This document shows positions 1-9,888 of a stretch of DNA of 64,000 nucleotides, one piece after another. This DNA comes from an uncultured delta proteobacterium. GTDB taxonomy: Bacteria > Desulfobacterota > Binatia > UBA9968. A program made the translations under genes and the position numbers. The stretch spans positions 176,085 to 240,084 of the forward strand of contig CAVUVW010000016.1 of the NCBI GenBank assembly GCA_963745035.1, written 5' to 3'. The notes beneath the pieces are model-generated. The model had not been told where the DNA came from. It saw only the letters and a list, made by a program, of their open reading frames with translations, and did no database searches. Within the stretch, counting starts at the first letter, position 1. Each line of letters begins with the position of its first letter.

Positions 1-847
1 CTTCCGCCAATTGCGCCGGATTGTCCTGATGGATCATATGGCCGGCGCGGGCGACGGTCAGAATTCGGTGGTCTCGGATGGCGGCGTAGCGCTGCTGTTT
101 GTCGGTGCGCCGGGTCTGGCGGCTCTCTGCGCCGTCGACGATCAGCACCGGGCATGCGATGCGTCGGAAAAATTCCAGCGCTTGCGCCGTGTAAAACGGC
201 TGCGGCGCGGCGGTGCGGTGCAATGGATCGAATTTCCAAACCCATTTGCCGTTGGCATTCTGCTTCATGCCGGCGTGCGCCAGATCGAAGGCAAATTCTT
301 TCTTGAGCCGCGGATTGGTTTGCTGCAGTTGAGTGGCGCCGGCCGCGACGCTTGTGTACTCGCGAAAGTGGTTGCGGCCGCGTTCATGCCAGTCGCCGAT
401 CCAACCGGCCATTCGCGACGGCGCGTCGGTAAAATCCATTCCCGGAGGTCCGACCCCTTCGATCAAGACGAGGTGGGCCAAGCGTTCGGGAAACGTGCCG
501 GCGTAGAGAAAAGAAATAGTGCCGCCCATCGAATGACCGATCAGATTGAATCGGGTGAGGCCGAGCGTCCTGACGACACAATCCAGATCATAAACATAAT
601 CCGGAAAATGGTAGTAACCGCCGGCGCCGACCCAGCCGCTATCACCGTGGCCGCGGCAGTCGGGGGCGATGATCCAGAGAGGGCGTTCGGCCCGCTCGAG
701 CAGCTCGGCGACGAAGAATTTCCAGCTCTGCGCCTGGTCGAGAAAGCCGTGCACGAGAACGACTGGTTCGCCGGTCGGATCGCCCCACTCCAGACAGTGA
801 ATCGACAGCCCCTGAGAATCGACGATCCTGTGGCGCGGCGCCGTCAT
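1..847 (-). CDS. alpha/beta fold hydrolase (3' end runs off the window)
   Basis: Not in the ORF track because there is no stop in the window. Manual translation from ATG 847 gives MTAPRHRIVDSQGLSIHCLEWGDPTGEPVVLVHGFLD...APDCRGHGDS...NLIGHSMGG...AGHMIHQDNP, with the HGF oxyanion motif, GHSMG nucleophile elbow and catalytic His. Confidence 0.9.
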   Translation of the reverse strand, partial: MTAPRHRIVDSQGLSIHCLEWGDPTGEPVVLVHGFLDQAQSWKFFVAELLERAERPLWIIAPDCRGHGDSGWVGAGGYYHFPDYVYDLDCVVRTLGLTRFNLIGHSMGGTISFLYAGTFPERLAHLVLIEGVGPPGMDFTDAPSRMAGWIGDWHERGRNHFREYTSVAAGATQLQQTNPRLKKEFAFDLAHAGMKQNANGKWVWKFDPLHRTAAPQPFYTAQALEFFRRIACPVLIVDGAESRQTRRTDKQQRYAAIRDHRILTVARAGHMIHQDNPAQLAE

Positions 848-851
848 GGAG

Positions 852-1325
852 TTAGGTTTTGCGGAGCGGCAGCTCGACGAAATCTTTGCTCTCGTCGGAC
901 CAGGCAAATGCTTTGACGTCTTTCACGGCGCGGTTGTACACCGATACGACGATCTGAGCCGCGCCCGGGAAGGTCGGCTCGCCGAACGGAGTCGCGAACG
1001 CCTTGTCCTCCGCGGAGAAGTAGGCTTCGTGCTCGGGGTGAGAGTGATAGAATGCCTTGAGCTTGGCGCCGGCGCGATCTTCCGCTTGAAGAATCGATTC
1101 CAGCTCTCGCGGATCCATGGCGTAGGCGATGACCGCCGTGCGCGGGTAGGTCAGCGGATCGAGCGCGTGGAGCTTGTTCTGAATGTTCTCCACCCGGCGC
1201 ACCCGGTCCGTACCGCCGTCGGAAAAGACCAGCCCACAACACTCTTCCGGGAAAGCTTCTTGAGAATGGCGCGCGATCTCATCCCACGCGCGTTGACCGA
1301 GATGAATTTCTCCGCGTACGCTCAT
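852..1325 (-). CDS. JAB1/MPN+ (M67 family) metallopeptidase
   Basis: Last 157 aa of ORF 852..2828, starting MSVRGEIHL. Contains PEECCG and FYHSHPEHEAYFSAED, the JAMM E...HxH-x7-S-x2-D motif. Confidence 0.88.
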   Translation of the reverse strand: MSVRGEIHLGQRAWDEIARHSQEAFPEECCGLVFSDGGTDRVRRVENIQNKLHALDPLTYPRTAVIAYAMDPRELESILQAEDRAGAKLKAFYHSHPEHEAYFSAEDKAFATPFGEPTFPGAAQIVVSVYNRAVKDVKAFAWSDESKDFVELPLRKT

Positions 1326-1411
1326 CAGGGGAAATTTAGGGCCTCGGTCGGCGGAACGCAAGCGCAGCCGGTTTCGCCGTGTACGATGAATGAGGCTGCG
1401 CGGGTCGCCGC

Positions 1412-1447
1412 AAAAAACAAAAGGCGGGAACTTTTCCCCGCCTTTTG
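1412..1447 (-). terminator. Rho-independent terminator downstream of the UbiD-family gene
   Basis: Perfect 11-bp stem CAAAAGGCGGG/CCCGCCTTTTG (1418-1428/1437-1447), followed on the minus strand by a T6 run (1412-1417), about 25 nt after the reconstructed stop. Confidence 0.75.
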
Positions 1448-1471
1448 CAAAGCCGCGCGCTGCCGTGGAGC

Positions 1472-3045
1472 TTATCTGCCGGTGCGCGCCAAGGAATGCA
1501 CCCAACCGAGCATGCGCGATCTTGGCGTTTTGAATGTCTTTGTCGCTGAACCATTTTTTGAGATCGATCCGGTCGACCGGATAAACCGGCCGCATGAAGT
1601 CGCTCTCGTAGCCGAACGGCACGGTCGCGTCGATGCCCATGCCGCCTTCGAAATTGGTGTTCGACGCGGTCCACTCGCGCTCGCCGGCGGTCATGCGCTC
1701 GGCGGGCATAAACGTCTGGCCGCGGCCGCCGGGCAGCGGATTGATGATGTCGGTTTTCGGATTCACGCGCGTGGTGAGGTTCCAGATGATGTCGTCCATG
1801 TCGTAGGGATCGGAGTCTTCGCTGACCGCGATCACCAGGCGTGAGCCCTGCGAGGTCGCCAAAATGGCGGCCATGAAATTTCTCTGCCAGCCTTCTTCGA
1901 TGCGGTTGCGTTTTTTCACCTGGATGATCGCGCCGCCCCAGTCGGTCATGCAGTAAGGAATGTTGACGTCCATGATGATGCCGGGCTGCATTCTTTCGCA
2001 GAGCTCGAACATCGCCGCTTCACGCACCGTCGTGTCGATGTTGTGATCGTCGAGGGTGTGCACGCCGAGCGGGAAAATGATCGGCTTGCCTTCGCGTTTG
2101 CGCGTGGTGACGGCGGTGACGTGGAAGGTAGGCGCTTTATAGGCCTTGCCCATATAACCGGCCCATTCCGGATGAAAGTGAAAGCGGCCTTGAACGCCGG
2201 CCTTTTCCGATTCTGCGGTTTCGAAGCGCCGATCGCGCGGATTGACGTAGCCTTCGAGAATGACTTCAGCGTCGGCTAACCCGTAGGCGTCCACCGTGCG
2301 GGCTTTTACCAAACGCATGGGCGCGCCTTGGACCGCGCCGGCAACGCCGACTTCGTCGCAGCCTTGCGGCAAAATCACATAATCAAAACCGGCGCCGGCC
2401 AGCAGCGAGCCCGCCGGCGGCAGACCGAAATTCATGGTGATCGGCACCATCTTGTCGTCTTTGTAGTATTTGCTCACCACCTGCCACATGTGCGAGCCGG
2501 GAGAAATTTGAAACGTGCCGACGTTGCCCCAGCGAAAATTCATGCGGTTGTAGCCGAGGTCGGTGCCGCCGCTGAAATACTCGCCGGAGATCAGCCGGTT
2601 GCCCGAGCCGACGGTCAATTCCGGTTCGATGTCGGTGTGGCGGATCGGGATGACGAATTCGTTGGCTTCCGCCGGTTTTTCGTAGACTTCTTCCTGCACC
2701 GGCGCGTCTTTCTGGTCGACGACGATGGGCGCAATCGGATGGGTCAGGGCGTAGGCGAGTTTTCTCGTGCGGTCCGCGTGGTCCTTCCAGCCGAACATCT
2801 TGTTGATGACGTTCATGTCGCCGAACAAGTTGGTGATCGCCCGATGATGCGGCTTGCCTTTGACGTTGATTGAACAGAATCGGACAGCCGCCGTCCAATT
2901 GCTTCTGAATGCCGGTGATTTCCAGGTCGGGATCGACTTCCTTCTCGGTGATCAGGATATCGCCTTCCTTTTTCATCCACTCGATCGCATGTCGCAGATC
3001 TCTGACCTCTTCCGGAGCCGCGCCGTTGGTCTTCGCGTTAGCCAT
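1472..3045 (-). CDS. UbiD-family prFMN-dependent decarboxylase, phthaloyl-CoA decarboxylase (PhtDa/Pcd)-like; two apparent indels (~2870 and ~1520)
   Basis: Joined frames give MANAKTNG...DLRHAIEW...EVDPDLEITGIQKQLDG | FGDMNVIN...GYNRMNFRWGNVGTFQISPGSHMWQV...GRFHFHPEWAGYMGKAYKAPTFHVTA...GGMGIDATVPFGYESDF | SRMLGWVHSLARTGR*. These segments match my recollection of PhtDa from denitrifying phthalate degraders. Confidence 0.85.
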
Positions 3046-3334
3046 TGCTTGCCTCCCAATGATTTGTGAGTCTGTGTCCAGTCGTTTGAACGGTTTACCC
3101 GAAAAACTCAAATTTCCTTCTGCGGTCGGATATCAAAAATCGGGGCGAGGGTCGAATTCGGGGCGCCGGACGGTGAATTACGCTTATACGACATTTTTTT
3201 CAAAGTCAACGAACGCTCGTATCATCACAGCTTATCAGCGCCCGAGTGGGCGCTGTCGCCGCCGCACCCTTTACAGTTTGTCATCGGCTTGCTATCACTT
3301 CTGAGATTATTTTTCGACACTTTTGGGAGAACTT

Positions 3335-6300
3335 ATGACGGATGGTGCGCAGCGTTCCAGGCAGGATTGGCTGCTTCTCGTCGGCCTGTTTTGCTTTTTT
3401 GTCTCCGGCGCGGCGGGTTTGATCTACCAGGTCGTGTGGACGCGCATGCTCACGCAAATTTTCGGCAACACCACCTACGCCATCGCGACGGTTTTGGCCG
3501 CGTTCATGGCGGGTCTCGCCATCGGCAGCTATCTGTTCGGCCGGATCGCCGATCGCGGCAGGAACGATTTTTTGCTCTACGGCATCCTCGAAGCGGGAGT
3601 CGGCGTCTACGGCTTTCTGGTGCCGTGGATCTTCCTGGTCACGCAGAAACTCTACGGCCCGATTTTCGGACTGAATGAAAGCTATCCGTTTCTCTTCAAT
3701 CTGGTGCTGTTCTTTCTCTCGTTCGTACTTCTGGTGTTTCCCACCATGCTGATGGGCGCGACCTTGCCGGTGCTCAGCCGCTTCTTTGTGCGCAGCTTCG
3801 CCCAATTCGGCCGGCGCGTCGGCGATCTCTACGCGACCAACACGCTGGGCGCGGTGATCGGCTGCGCCGGCGCCGGATTTTTTCTGATTCCAACGCTCGG
3901 CATGCAAACGACGGTGTTCGTCGCGGCGGGGGCCAACCTGCTCGTCGCCGCGGTGATTCTGATCGTCGATCGCTTGCGCGACAAGAACGCGGTGGAGGTC
4001 GTCGCCGAGCCGGCCGCCGAAAGGGTCGAAACGTCGGACGCACCGAGCTCCTTAGCGCTGCGCTGGGTGTTGCTGCTCTCGTTTGCGCTCTCGGGTTTCG
4101 CGTCGCTGGTCTACGAGAACGCCTGGACGCGGGCGCTGACTTTGGTGATCGGCAGTTCCGTTTATTCATTTTCGACGATGCTGGTGACGTTTCTCGTCGG
4201 TCTGGCGCTCGGCGGATTCATCTACGCGCGCGTTCTCGGCCATCGGGAGGCGCGTTTGAGCACGTTCGGCTTGATCGAGCTTTGGGTCGGGCTGGCGGCG
4301 CTGGCGACGATTCCGCTGTTCGAAAGACTGCCGCTGGTCTTCGTGCGCCTGCTGCACGGCTTCGGCGATACCTTCACCGTGTTCTTGTATTTGCAGATTT
4401 TCCTCGCAGCCCTGGTCATGTTCGTGCCGACGGTGCTGCTCGGGATGACCTTCCCGTTGGTGGCGCGATTGTTCACGCAGACTCTTTTCCGCGTCGGCAG
4501 CGGGGTCGGGAGCTCCTACGCGGCCAACACGGTGGGCGCGGTGCTCGGCGCCTTCGCCGGCGGATTCATCCTCATTCCGAATCTCGGCGTGCAGAACACG
4601 ATCATCTTCGCCGTGGTCATGAATCTCTTGATCGGCGCTTGGCTGGTGGCGAGCGATCCGAAACTCTCTTTCGTGCTGCGCTACGGTTTCGGTTTGACCG
4701 TGCTGGTTCTCGCGCTCATCGTGCCGCTCAAGATCCGCCGCTGGGATCCGCACATTTTGACGAGCGGCGTGACCATCTACGCGGACCGCTACGAGTCGCT
4801 GCCGACCAACTCGCTGCGCATCGAAGAAATGAGGCGCGATGACGTGCTGTTTTATCGCGAGGGGTTGACCACCACGGTGAGCGTGCACCGCATTCCGGGC
4901 AGCGATTACGTCTATTTCAAGTCGAACGGCAAGATCGACGGCTCCTACGGCGACGCGCTCAGCCAATTGATGACGAGCTATATCGCCATGCTGCTCCATC
5001 CGACGGCGGAGACGGCGCTCACCATCGGCCTGGGCAGCGGCATGTCGGCCAAGGCGCTGGCGACTTTTCCGTCGCTCAAAGAGATCGAGGTGATCGAGAT
5101 CGAGCCGACGATGATCGAGGCGAGCAAGTACTTCGACATTGCCTCGGTGAAGCTCGAAAAGCTGCCGGCGGGAGTGGCGTTTCCGCCGGACGGCGAGAGC
5201 CGGGTCTGGTACGACGACAAGGAAAAGCGTCTCTACTACAAAGGCGTAATGGAGGCCGAGGCCAGGACCGAGCTGATGAAGCGCTCCGAGGACCTAGATT
5301 ATCGCGGCGCCGTCGATCGGCTGTCGCGCAACGCGCGCCATTCGCGCCACTCGAGCGTCCTCGAAGATCCGCGGGTGCGCGTCATTCCCACCGACGGCCG
5401 CAACTATATTCTGGCGACGCCGAAATATTACGACGTGATCACCGCCGAGCCGTCCAATCCCTGGATCGCCGGCATCGCCAACCTGTACACGCGCGAGTTT
5501 TATCAAGTCATCAAGTCGAAGATCAAAGACGACGGGATTTTCGCCCAGTGGATCCACAACTATTCCATGTCGCCGGACGATTTCCGTATGGTGTTCCGCA
5601 CCTTCGCCGAGGCGTTCCCGCACGTTTCGCTGTGGAGCATGAAAGAGAGCGACTTTCTGCTGATCGGCAGCAAGCAGGAGCAGGTCTTCGACTATCCGGC
5701 GGTCAAAAAGATTTACGACAACAACAAGATGTTGCAGTCCGATCTCGAGTATCTGGGATTGTCCGACGTCTACGCGGTGCAGGGATTTTTTCGGATGAAC
5801 CGCGAAAACTTTCTCGCGTTTTCCAAGGGCGCGGCGATCAACACCGACGACGGCGCGGAGCTGGAGTTCTCCGCGCCGAAAAACCTGCGGCGCGCGACCA
5901 CCGAACTCAACCGGCGCATCATGGCGCCGTTTCTCGTCGATAATCCGCCCTGGCTCAAGTCCGGCGCGCTGCCGGTGCCCCAGGCGATGCACCACTTCTA
6001 CATGGCGCAGGCCTACGCGGCGAGCTTGGCGCGCAACCGCGCGTTGAAAGAGGTCGAGGAGGCGATCCGGCTGGAGCCCAAGAACCCGAAGTTTCATCTG
6101 CTAAAGATGCGGCTCTTATTGGAGCAGGACAAGAGCGCGGACGGCGCTAAGGAAGCCTTTGCGGCGCTCGCAAGCGGGCCGCAGTATATCCCGGATGTTT
6201 TGGCGATGAGCGACGAATTCTATCTGCCCGAAGCTCAGGCCGTTTACCGCAAGACCATCGAGATGGGCAACAAAGACGTGCTGCCGTATCTCGGTTTGGG

Positions 6301-6763
6301 CAACATCGCGCTGCACGGCGGCAACGTGTCGGAAGCCGAAAAATGGTTTGTTCAAGCTCGGGAACTGCAAGCCGAGCACCCCGCCGTCTTGCTTGCATGG
6401 GGCCGTTTGACCGCGGCAAAAGCGCAGAAGCTCACCGATGACGCCGAGGCCAAGAAACAGCTCCAGCAGGCTCGAACTTTGCTGGAGAAAGCCCAGGCCA
6501 AGGGCGAGGAGTCGGCTACCATCTACACGGAACTGGGCGCGGTCTATTATCGGCTCGCCATGTGGGAGAAGGCGGCGGAAGCCTACGGCGAAGCTTTGCG
6601 CATGCGCCGGCGGCGCAACGACTTGCGTTTTTCCCTCGGGCAGGCGTATGCCCAGTTGGGAAGAACCGCCGAGGCAGAGCAGAAGTATCGGGAAATTCTC
6701 GCGCTCTCTCCCGACGATGCCGAGGCGTTGAAGGCGCTTCAGGATTTGGGCAAGAGATATTAA
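3335..6763 (+). CDS. fused MFS-like membrane domain / spermidine synthase-like domain with C-terminal TPR repeats
   Basis: Two repeats of the SGxAxLxYxxxWTRxL membrane unit, SAM-binding GLGSGMSA, EIEP, DGRNY, DVITAEPSNPW, and C-terminal TPRs (LGAVYYRLAMWEKAAEAYGEAL). Confidence 0.9.
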   Translation: MTDGAQRSRQDWLLLVGLFCFFVSGAAGLIYQVVWTRMLTQIFGNTTYAIATVLAAFMAGLAIGSYLFGRIADRGRNDFLLYGILEAGVGVYGFLVPWIFLVTQKLYGPIFGLNESYPFLFNLVLFFLSFVLLVFPTMLMGATLPVLSRFFVRSFAQFGRRVGDLYATNTLGAVIGCAGAGFFLIPTLGMQTTVFVAAGANLLVAAVILIVDRLRDKNAVEVVAEPAAERVETSDAPSSLALRWVLLLSFALSGFASLVYENAWTRALTLVIGSSVYSFSTMLVTFLVGLALGGFIYARVLGHREARLSTFGLIELWVGLAALATIPLFERLPLVFVRLLHGFGDTFTVFLYLQIFLAALVMFVPTVLLGMTFPLVARLFTQTLFRVGSGVGSSYAANTVGAVLGAFAGGFILIPNLGVQNTIIFAVVMNLLIGAWLVASDPKLSFVLRYGFGLTVLVLALIVPLKIRRWDPHILTSGVTIYADRYESLPTNSLRIEEMRRDDVLFYREGLTTTVSVHRIPGSDYVYFKSNGKIDGSYGDALSQLMTSYIAMLLHPTAETALTIGLGSGMSAKALATFPSLKEIEVIEIEPTMIEASKYFDIASVKLEKLPAGVAFPPDGESRVWYDDKEKRLYYKGVMEAEARTELMKRSEDLDYRGAVDRLSRNARHSRHSSVLEDPRVRVIPTDGRNYILATPKYYDVITAEPSNPWIAGIANLYTREFYQVIKSKIKDDGIFAQWIHNYSMSPDDFRMVFRTFAEAFPHVSLWSMKESDFLLIGSKQEQVFDYPAVKKIYDNNKMLQSDLEYLGLSDVYAVQGFFRMNRENFLAFSKGAAINTDDGAELEFSAPKNLRRATTELNRRIMAPFLVDNPPWLKSGALPVPQAMHHFYMAQAYAASLARNRALKEVEEAIRLEPKNPKFHLLKMRLLLEQDKSADGAKEAFAALASGPQYIPDVLAMSDEFYLPEAQAVYRKTIEMGNKDVLPYLGLGNIALHGGNVSEAEKWFVQARELQAEHPAVLLAWGRLTAAKAQKLTDDAEAKKQLQQARTLLEKAQAKGEESATIYTELGAVYYRLAMWEKAAEAYGEALRMRRRRNDLRFSLGQAYAQLGRTAEAEQKYREILALSPDDAEALKALQDLGKRY

Positions 6764-6789
6764 TTGCCTGCGCCGCCCGCGGCGCGCAG

Positions 6790-6821
6790 GGCCTCCGGCA
6801 AACCGCCGGGGGCCTTTTTTT
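6790..6821 (+). terminator. Rho-independent terminator
   Basis: GGCCTCCGGC-AAACC-GCCGGGGGCC stem (one G:U pair) followed by T7, 26 nt after the stop at 6763. Confidence 0.8.
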
Positions 6822-7000
6822 GTCTCGGAATCCGCGATGGCGTCCCGCAGGGAGCAATCCTTCCGTCGTGCAGACCGTGTCTTTATGGGGAAGCAATGCC
6901 GCGCGCCAGGGGCGCACTGCGAAACTCAGCCAAGCGCTTTGAAGTTGGCGCGCGGACCAATTATGCTGGCCGCACTTGTTCCTTGCCCAGGAGGTTTCCA

Positions 7001-7817
7001 GTGTTGACGGAAAAAATTGGCGTCATCGGCGCGGGCAAGATCGGTTGCGCGATCGCCCGCGGCGTCATTCAAGCGGGTTTGGCCGGCAAAGAGAACGTCA
7101 TGGCGAGCGACGTGAGCGAGGCGCTGCGCCAAGCGATTGCCCATGATCTCGGCGTCAAAACGACGGCCGACAATCGCGAGCTCTGCGACTTTGCGGATAT
7201 TATCGTCTTGGCGGTCAAGCCGCAGGTGGTCGATTCCGTGGCACGGGAGATTGCCAAGAAGATCGGCAAAGCGAAATTGCTGGTTTCGGTGGCCGCGGGG
7301 GTGCCGCTCACGCGCATCGAAACGCACCTCGAGCCAGGCGCGCGGGTGGTGCGCGTCATGCCCAACATCGCCTGCGTCGTCGGCGCCGGCGCGGCCGGTT
7401 ATGCGCTCGGGCGCGCACGCCACTGCGGCGGATCTGGAGAAGGTTGGCGCACTGCTCAACAGCTTCGGCGTCGGCATGGCGGTTGAGGAAAATTATCTCG
7501 ACGCGGTCACCGGGCTGAGCGGCAGCGGTCCGGCTTATGTTTTTCTTTTCATCGAGGCGCTGGCCGACGGTGGCGTGCAGATGGGGCTCACGCGCGAGGT
7601 CGCGCTCAAGCTCGCGATGCAGACGGTGTATGGCGCCGCCAAGATGGCGCTGGAAAGCAAGAAGCACCTCGGCGAATTGAAAGACGAGGTTACCTCGCCC
7701 GGCGGGACCACCATCGCCGGCCTGTACGCCATGGAGCAAAGAGGCTTCCGCGGCACCGTAATGGACGGCGTCGTCGCCGCCACCAAGCGATCCCAAGAAT
7801 TGGGCAAGAGATCGTAG
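7001..7817 (+). CDS. proC: pyrroline-5-carboxylate reductase (one indel at ~7405)
   Basis: AGGAGG then GTG 7001. Motifs IGVIGAGKIG, LAVKPQ, SVAAGV, RVMPN, then in the next frame AVTGLSGSGPAY and VTSPGGTTIAG. Confidence 0.95.
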
Positions 7818-8055
7818 ATTTTTGCCAGATCCTCAGTCAGTGATGTGCCGGGTTGATGAAGTGTTCCAGCGGGGAGGCTGGCGCAGCCTTTGGTGCCCTG
7901 GAGCTGAACGGCCGTCCTGCAGCTCTCCGTTAATTTAGGTTTCTCGCCGGTTACAATCGGACGATCATCGCGCATTGCCGGCTATTTTACTGAAACATAG
8001 GGCCGGCCATGTGGCATATTACGCAGCCGGATGTAAGGTGATAAAAAATTAGCAA

Positions 8056-9888
8056 GTGAAGCGCCTCGGTCTTGTTGTCATGGTGCTGGCCGGCCTTTCC
8101 ATTTTCTCGCAGAGCGTTTTGGCTGCCGTGATCGCTGACCTCGATCCGGCCAAGCAGTGGAAAACGGCGCGCATCGAGTTTTCCGGAGATGAAAAATTTT
8201 CCGAGGACGCGTTGCGCGGTGTCATTGTGACCAAACAGCGGCCATGGTTTCGTTTTTGGGAGGATCTCCCGGAGTTCGAGCCGGTCACCTTCGAGACCGA
8301 TCTCGAACGTTTAAGGCGCTACTACGAATCGCGGGGTTACTATGAAGCCGCGATTACCTACGATCTCGAGATCAACTCGGAAGCCAATTCGGTAGTGGTG
8401 CGCATTTCCGTGCGCGAAGGCGAGCCGGTTCTGATCGGCGCCATCGACGTCCAAGTTGCGTTGCAGACGCCCGAGCAAAAGCCTCCTCCGCTACCCGAAC
8501 AGTTGCCCGTCAAACGCGGCGACGTTTTTCGCGAGACTGAGTACCAGCAGAGCGAGCAGGTCTTGCGCAATTCGCTCCTGGATGGTGGCTATGCCCACGC
8601 GCAAAGCGAGCGGCACGCGGAAGTCGAGTTAGCGGAACGACTCGCCCGCATTCGTTACGGCTTGCGGCCTGGTCCCATCACGTTCTTCGGCGACACCACG
8701 ATCAAAGGCTTGCAAAAGGTCGAACCGGAGCTGATTGAGCGCGAAATCCAATATGAACCAGGTGAAATGTATTCCCTTAAAAAGGTCACGCAGACGCGTG
8801 AAAAGTTACTGGCCCTGGATCTCTTCGGCACAGTCCGTGTGGCCCCCGCGCAGACACAAGGGACCCCCACCACTGTGCCGATGGAAGTCGAGGTGTCGGA
8901 AAAAGCTTATCGGGAAATCCGCCTCGCGCTCGGCTACGGCACCGAGGACGAGTTTCGTACTCAACTGGAGTGGCGTCACCGAAATTGGCTCGGCGGCGGC
9001 AGGCGGCTTTCGGCGCAGGTTAAATACTCTTCGATTCTCGTGACAGGCGCGACTGAACTGGTGCAACCGCATTTTTTTACGCCGCACACGCAGGGCGCGC
9101 TGAGGGTCAGCCATGACCAGGAGAAGGAAGAAACCTACCTCCGCAATGTGACACGATTTTCGCCCCGCGTGGATCACCGCTTCTCGCCCGCATGGACGGC
9201 TTTTCTTGGCTACCGAGTCGAGTACGACAAGCTCAACAAGATCTCTACCGCCACCCAGGAGGCGCTCGGCGATATTCGCCGCGACGGCATTGTCTCCGGG
9301 CCAATGGCAGGAGTGGTGTGGAATACTTCCGACGATCCTTTTAATCCGAAAAAGGGTCACGTGGTCTCGCTGACGGTCGACCAGGCAGGGGCGATTTGGG
9401 GCGGGCAATATAGCTTTTACAAGATTACGGGCGAGGCAAAAAAGTACTTTGACATCGGTTGGAGCACGGTGTTTGCGGCACGTCTAAAGCTCGGTTTGGC
9501 GGACGCCATCGGTGCCGAGAAAAACTTGCCGTTATTTGAACGGTTCTTCTCGGGCGGTGATAAAAGCGTGCGCGGTTACGGGCGGCGCCGGCTCGGACCG
9601 CTAGACTCCGACGACGATCCCATCGGCGGGCTCAGTCTCGTGGAAGGTTCGCTCGAATTTCGCCGCCCGCTATGGAAGGAACTCAGCGGCGCGCTCTTCC
9701 TCGATTTCGGCCAGGTCTCGAGGCGCTCCTTCGATCCTCCTGTCGATAATTTGCGCTTTTCCTCGGGCTTCGGTTTGGCCTATTCAACCCCTGTCGGGCC
9801 GGTCAGACTGGACGTGGGCTTTCCTTTCAAGCCGCCGCGCGGCGACCCATCCTGGCAGGTTCACTTCAGCATTGGAGCTTACTTTTAG
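8056..9888 (+). CDS. tamA: Omp85-family outer-membrane protein, TamA/BamA-like (POTRA domains + beta-barrel)
   Basis: Signal peptide, POTRA motifs (DLERLRRYYESRGYY), FFSGGDKSVRGYG, GPVRLDVGFP, C-terminal FSIGAYF. Directly abuts tamB. Confidence 0.85.
   Translation: MKRLGLVVMVLAGLSIFSQSVLAAVIADLDPAKQWKTARIEFSGDEKFSEDALRGVIVTKQRPWFRFWEDLPEFEPVTFETDLERLRRYYESRGYYEAAITYDLEINSEANSVVVRISVREGEPVLIGAIDVQVALQTPEQKPPPLPEQLPVKRGDVFRETEYQQSEQVLRNSLLDGGYAHAQSERHAEVELAERLARIRYGLRPGPITFFGDTTIKGLQKVEPELIEREIQYEPGEMYSLKKVTQTREKLLALDLFGTVRVAPAQTQGTPTTVPMEVEVSEKAYREIRLALGYGTEDEFRTQLEWRHRNWLGGGRRLSAQVKYSSILVTGATELVQPHFFTPHTQGALRVSHDQEKEETYLRNVTRFSPRVDHRFSPAWTAFLGYRVEYDKLNKISTATQEALGDIRRDGIVSGPMAGVVWNTSDDPFNPKKGHVVSLTVDQAGAIWGGQYSFYKITGEAKKYFDIGWSTVFAARLKLGLADAIGAEKNLPLFERFFSGGDKSVRGYGRRRLGPLDSDDDPIGGLSLVEGSLEFRRPLWKELSGALFLDFGQVSRRSFDPPVDNLRFSSGFGLAYSTPVGPVRLDVGFPFKPPRGDPSWQVHFSIGAYF

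Noticed and set aside
11-916. 301-aa plus-strand ORF
   Set aside because: It is the antisense shadow of the minus-strand alpha/beta hydrolase, which carries clear family motifs.
852-2828. Apparent 658-aa UbiD-JAB fusion in the ORF track
   Set aside because: A one-base indel near 1520 bypasses the natural UbiD end (SRMLGWVHSLARTGR*, stop at 1472-1474). A terminator hairpin lies in the supposed linker, and the JAB gene has its own ATG at 1325.
7820-8050. Possible structured RNA after proC (GAGCTG...CAGCTC stem)
   Set aside because: I could not match it to tRNA, SRP, 6S or a riboswitch consensus by eye. An Rfam scan would be needed.
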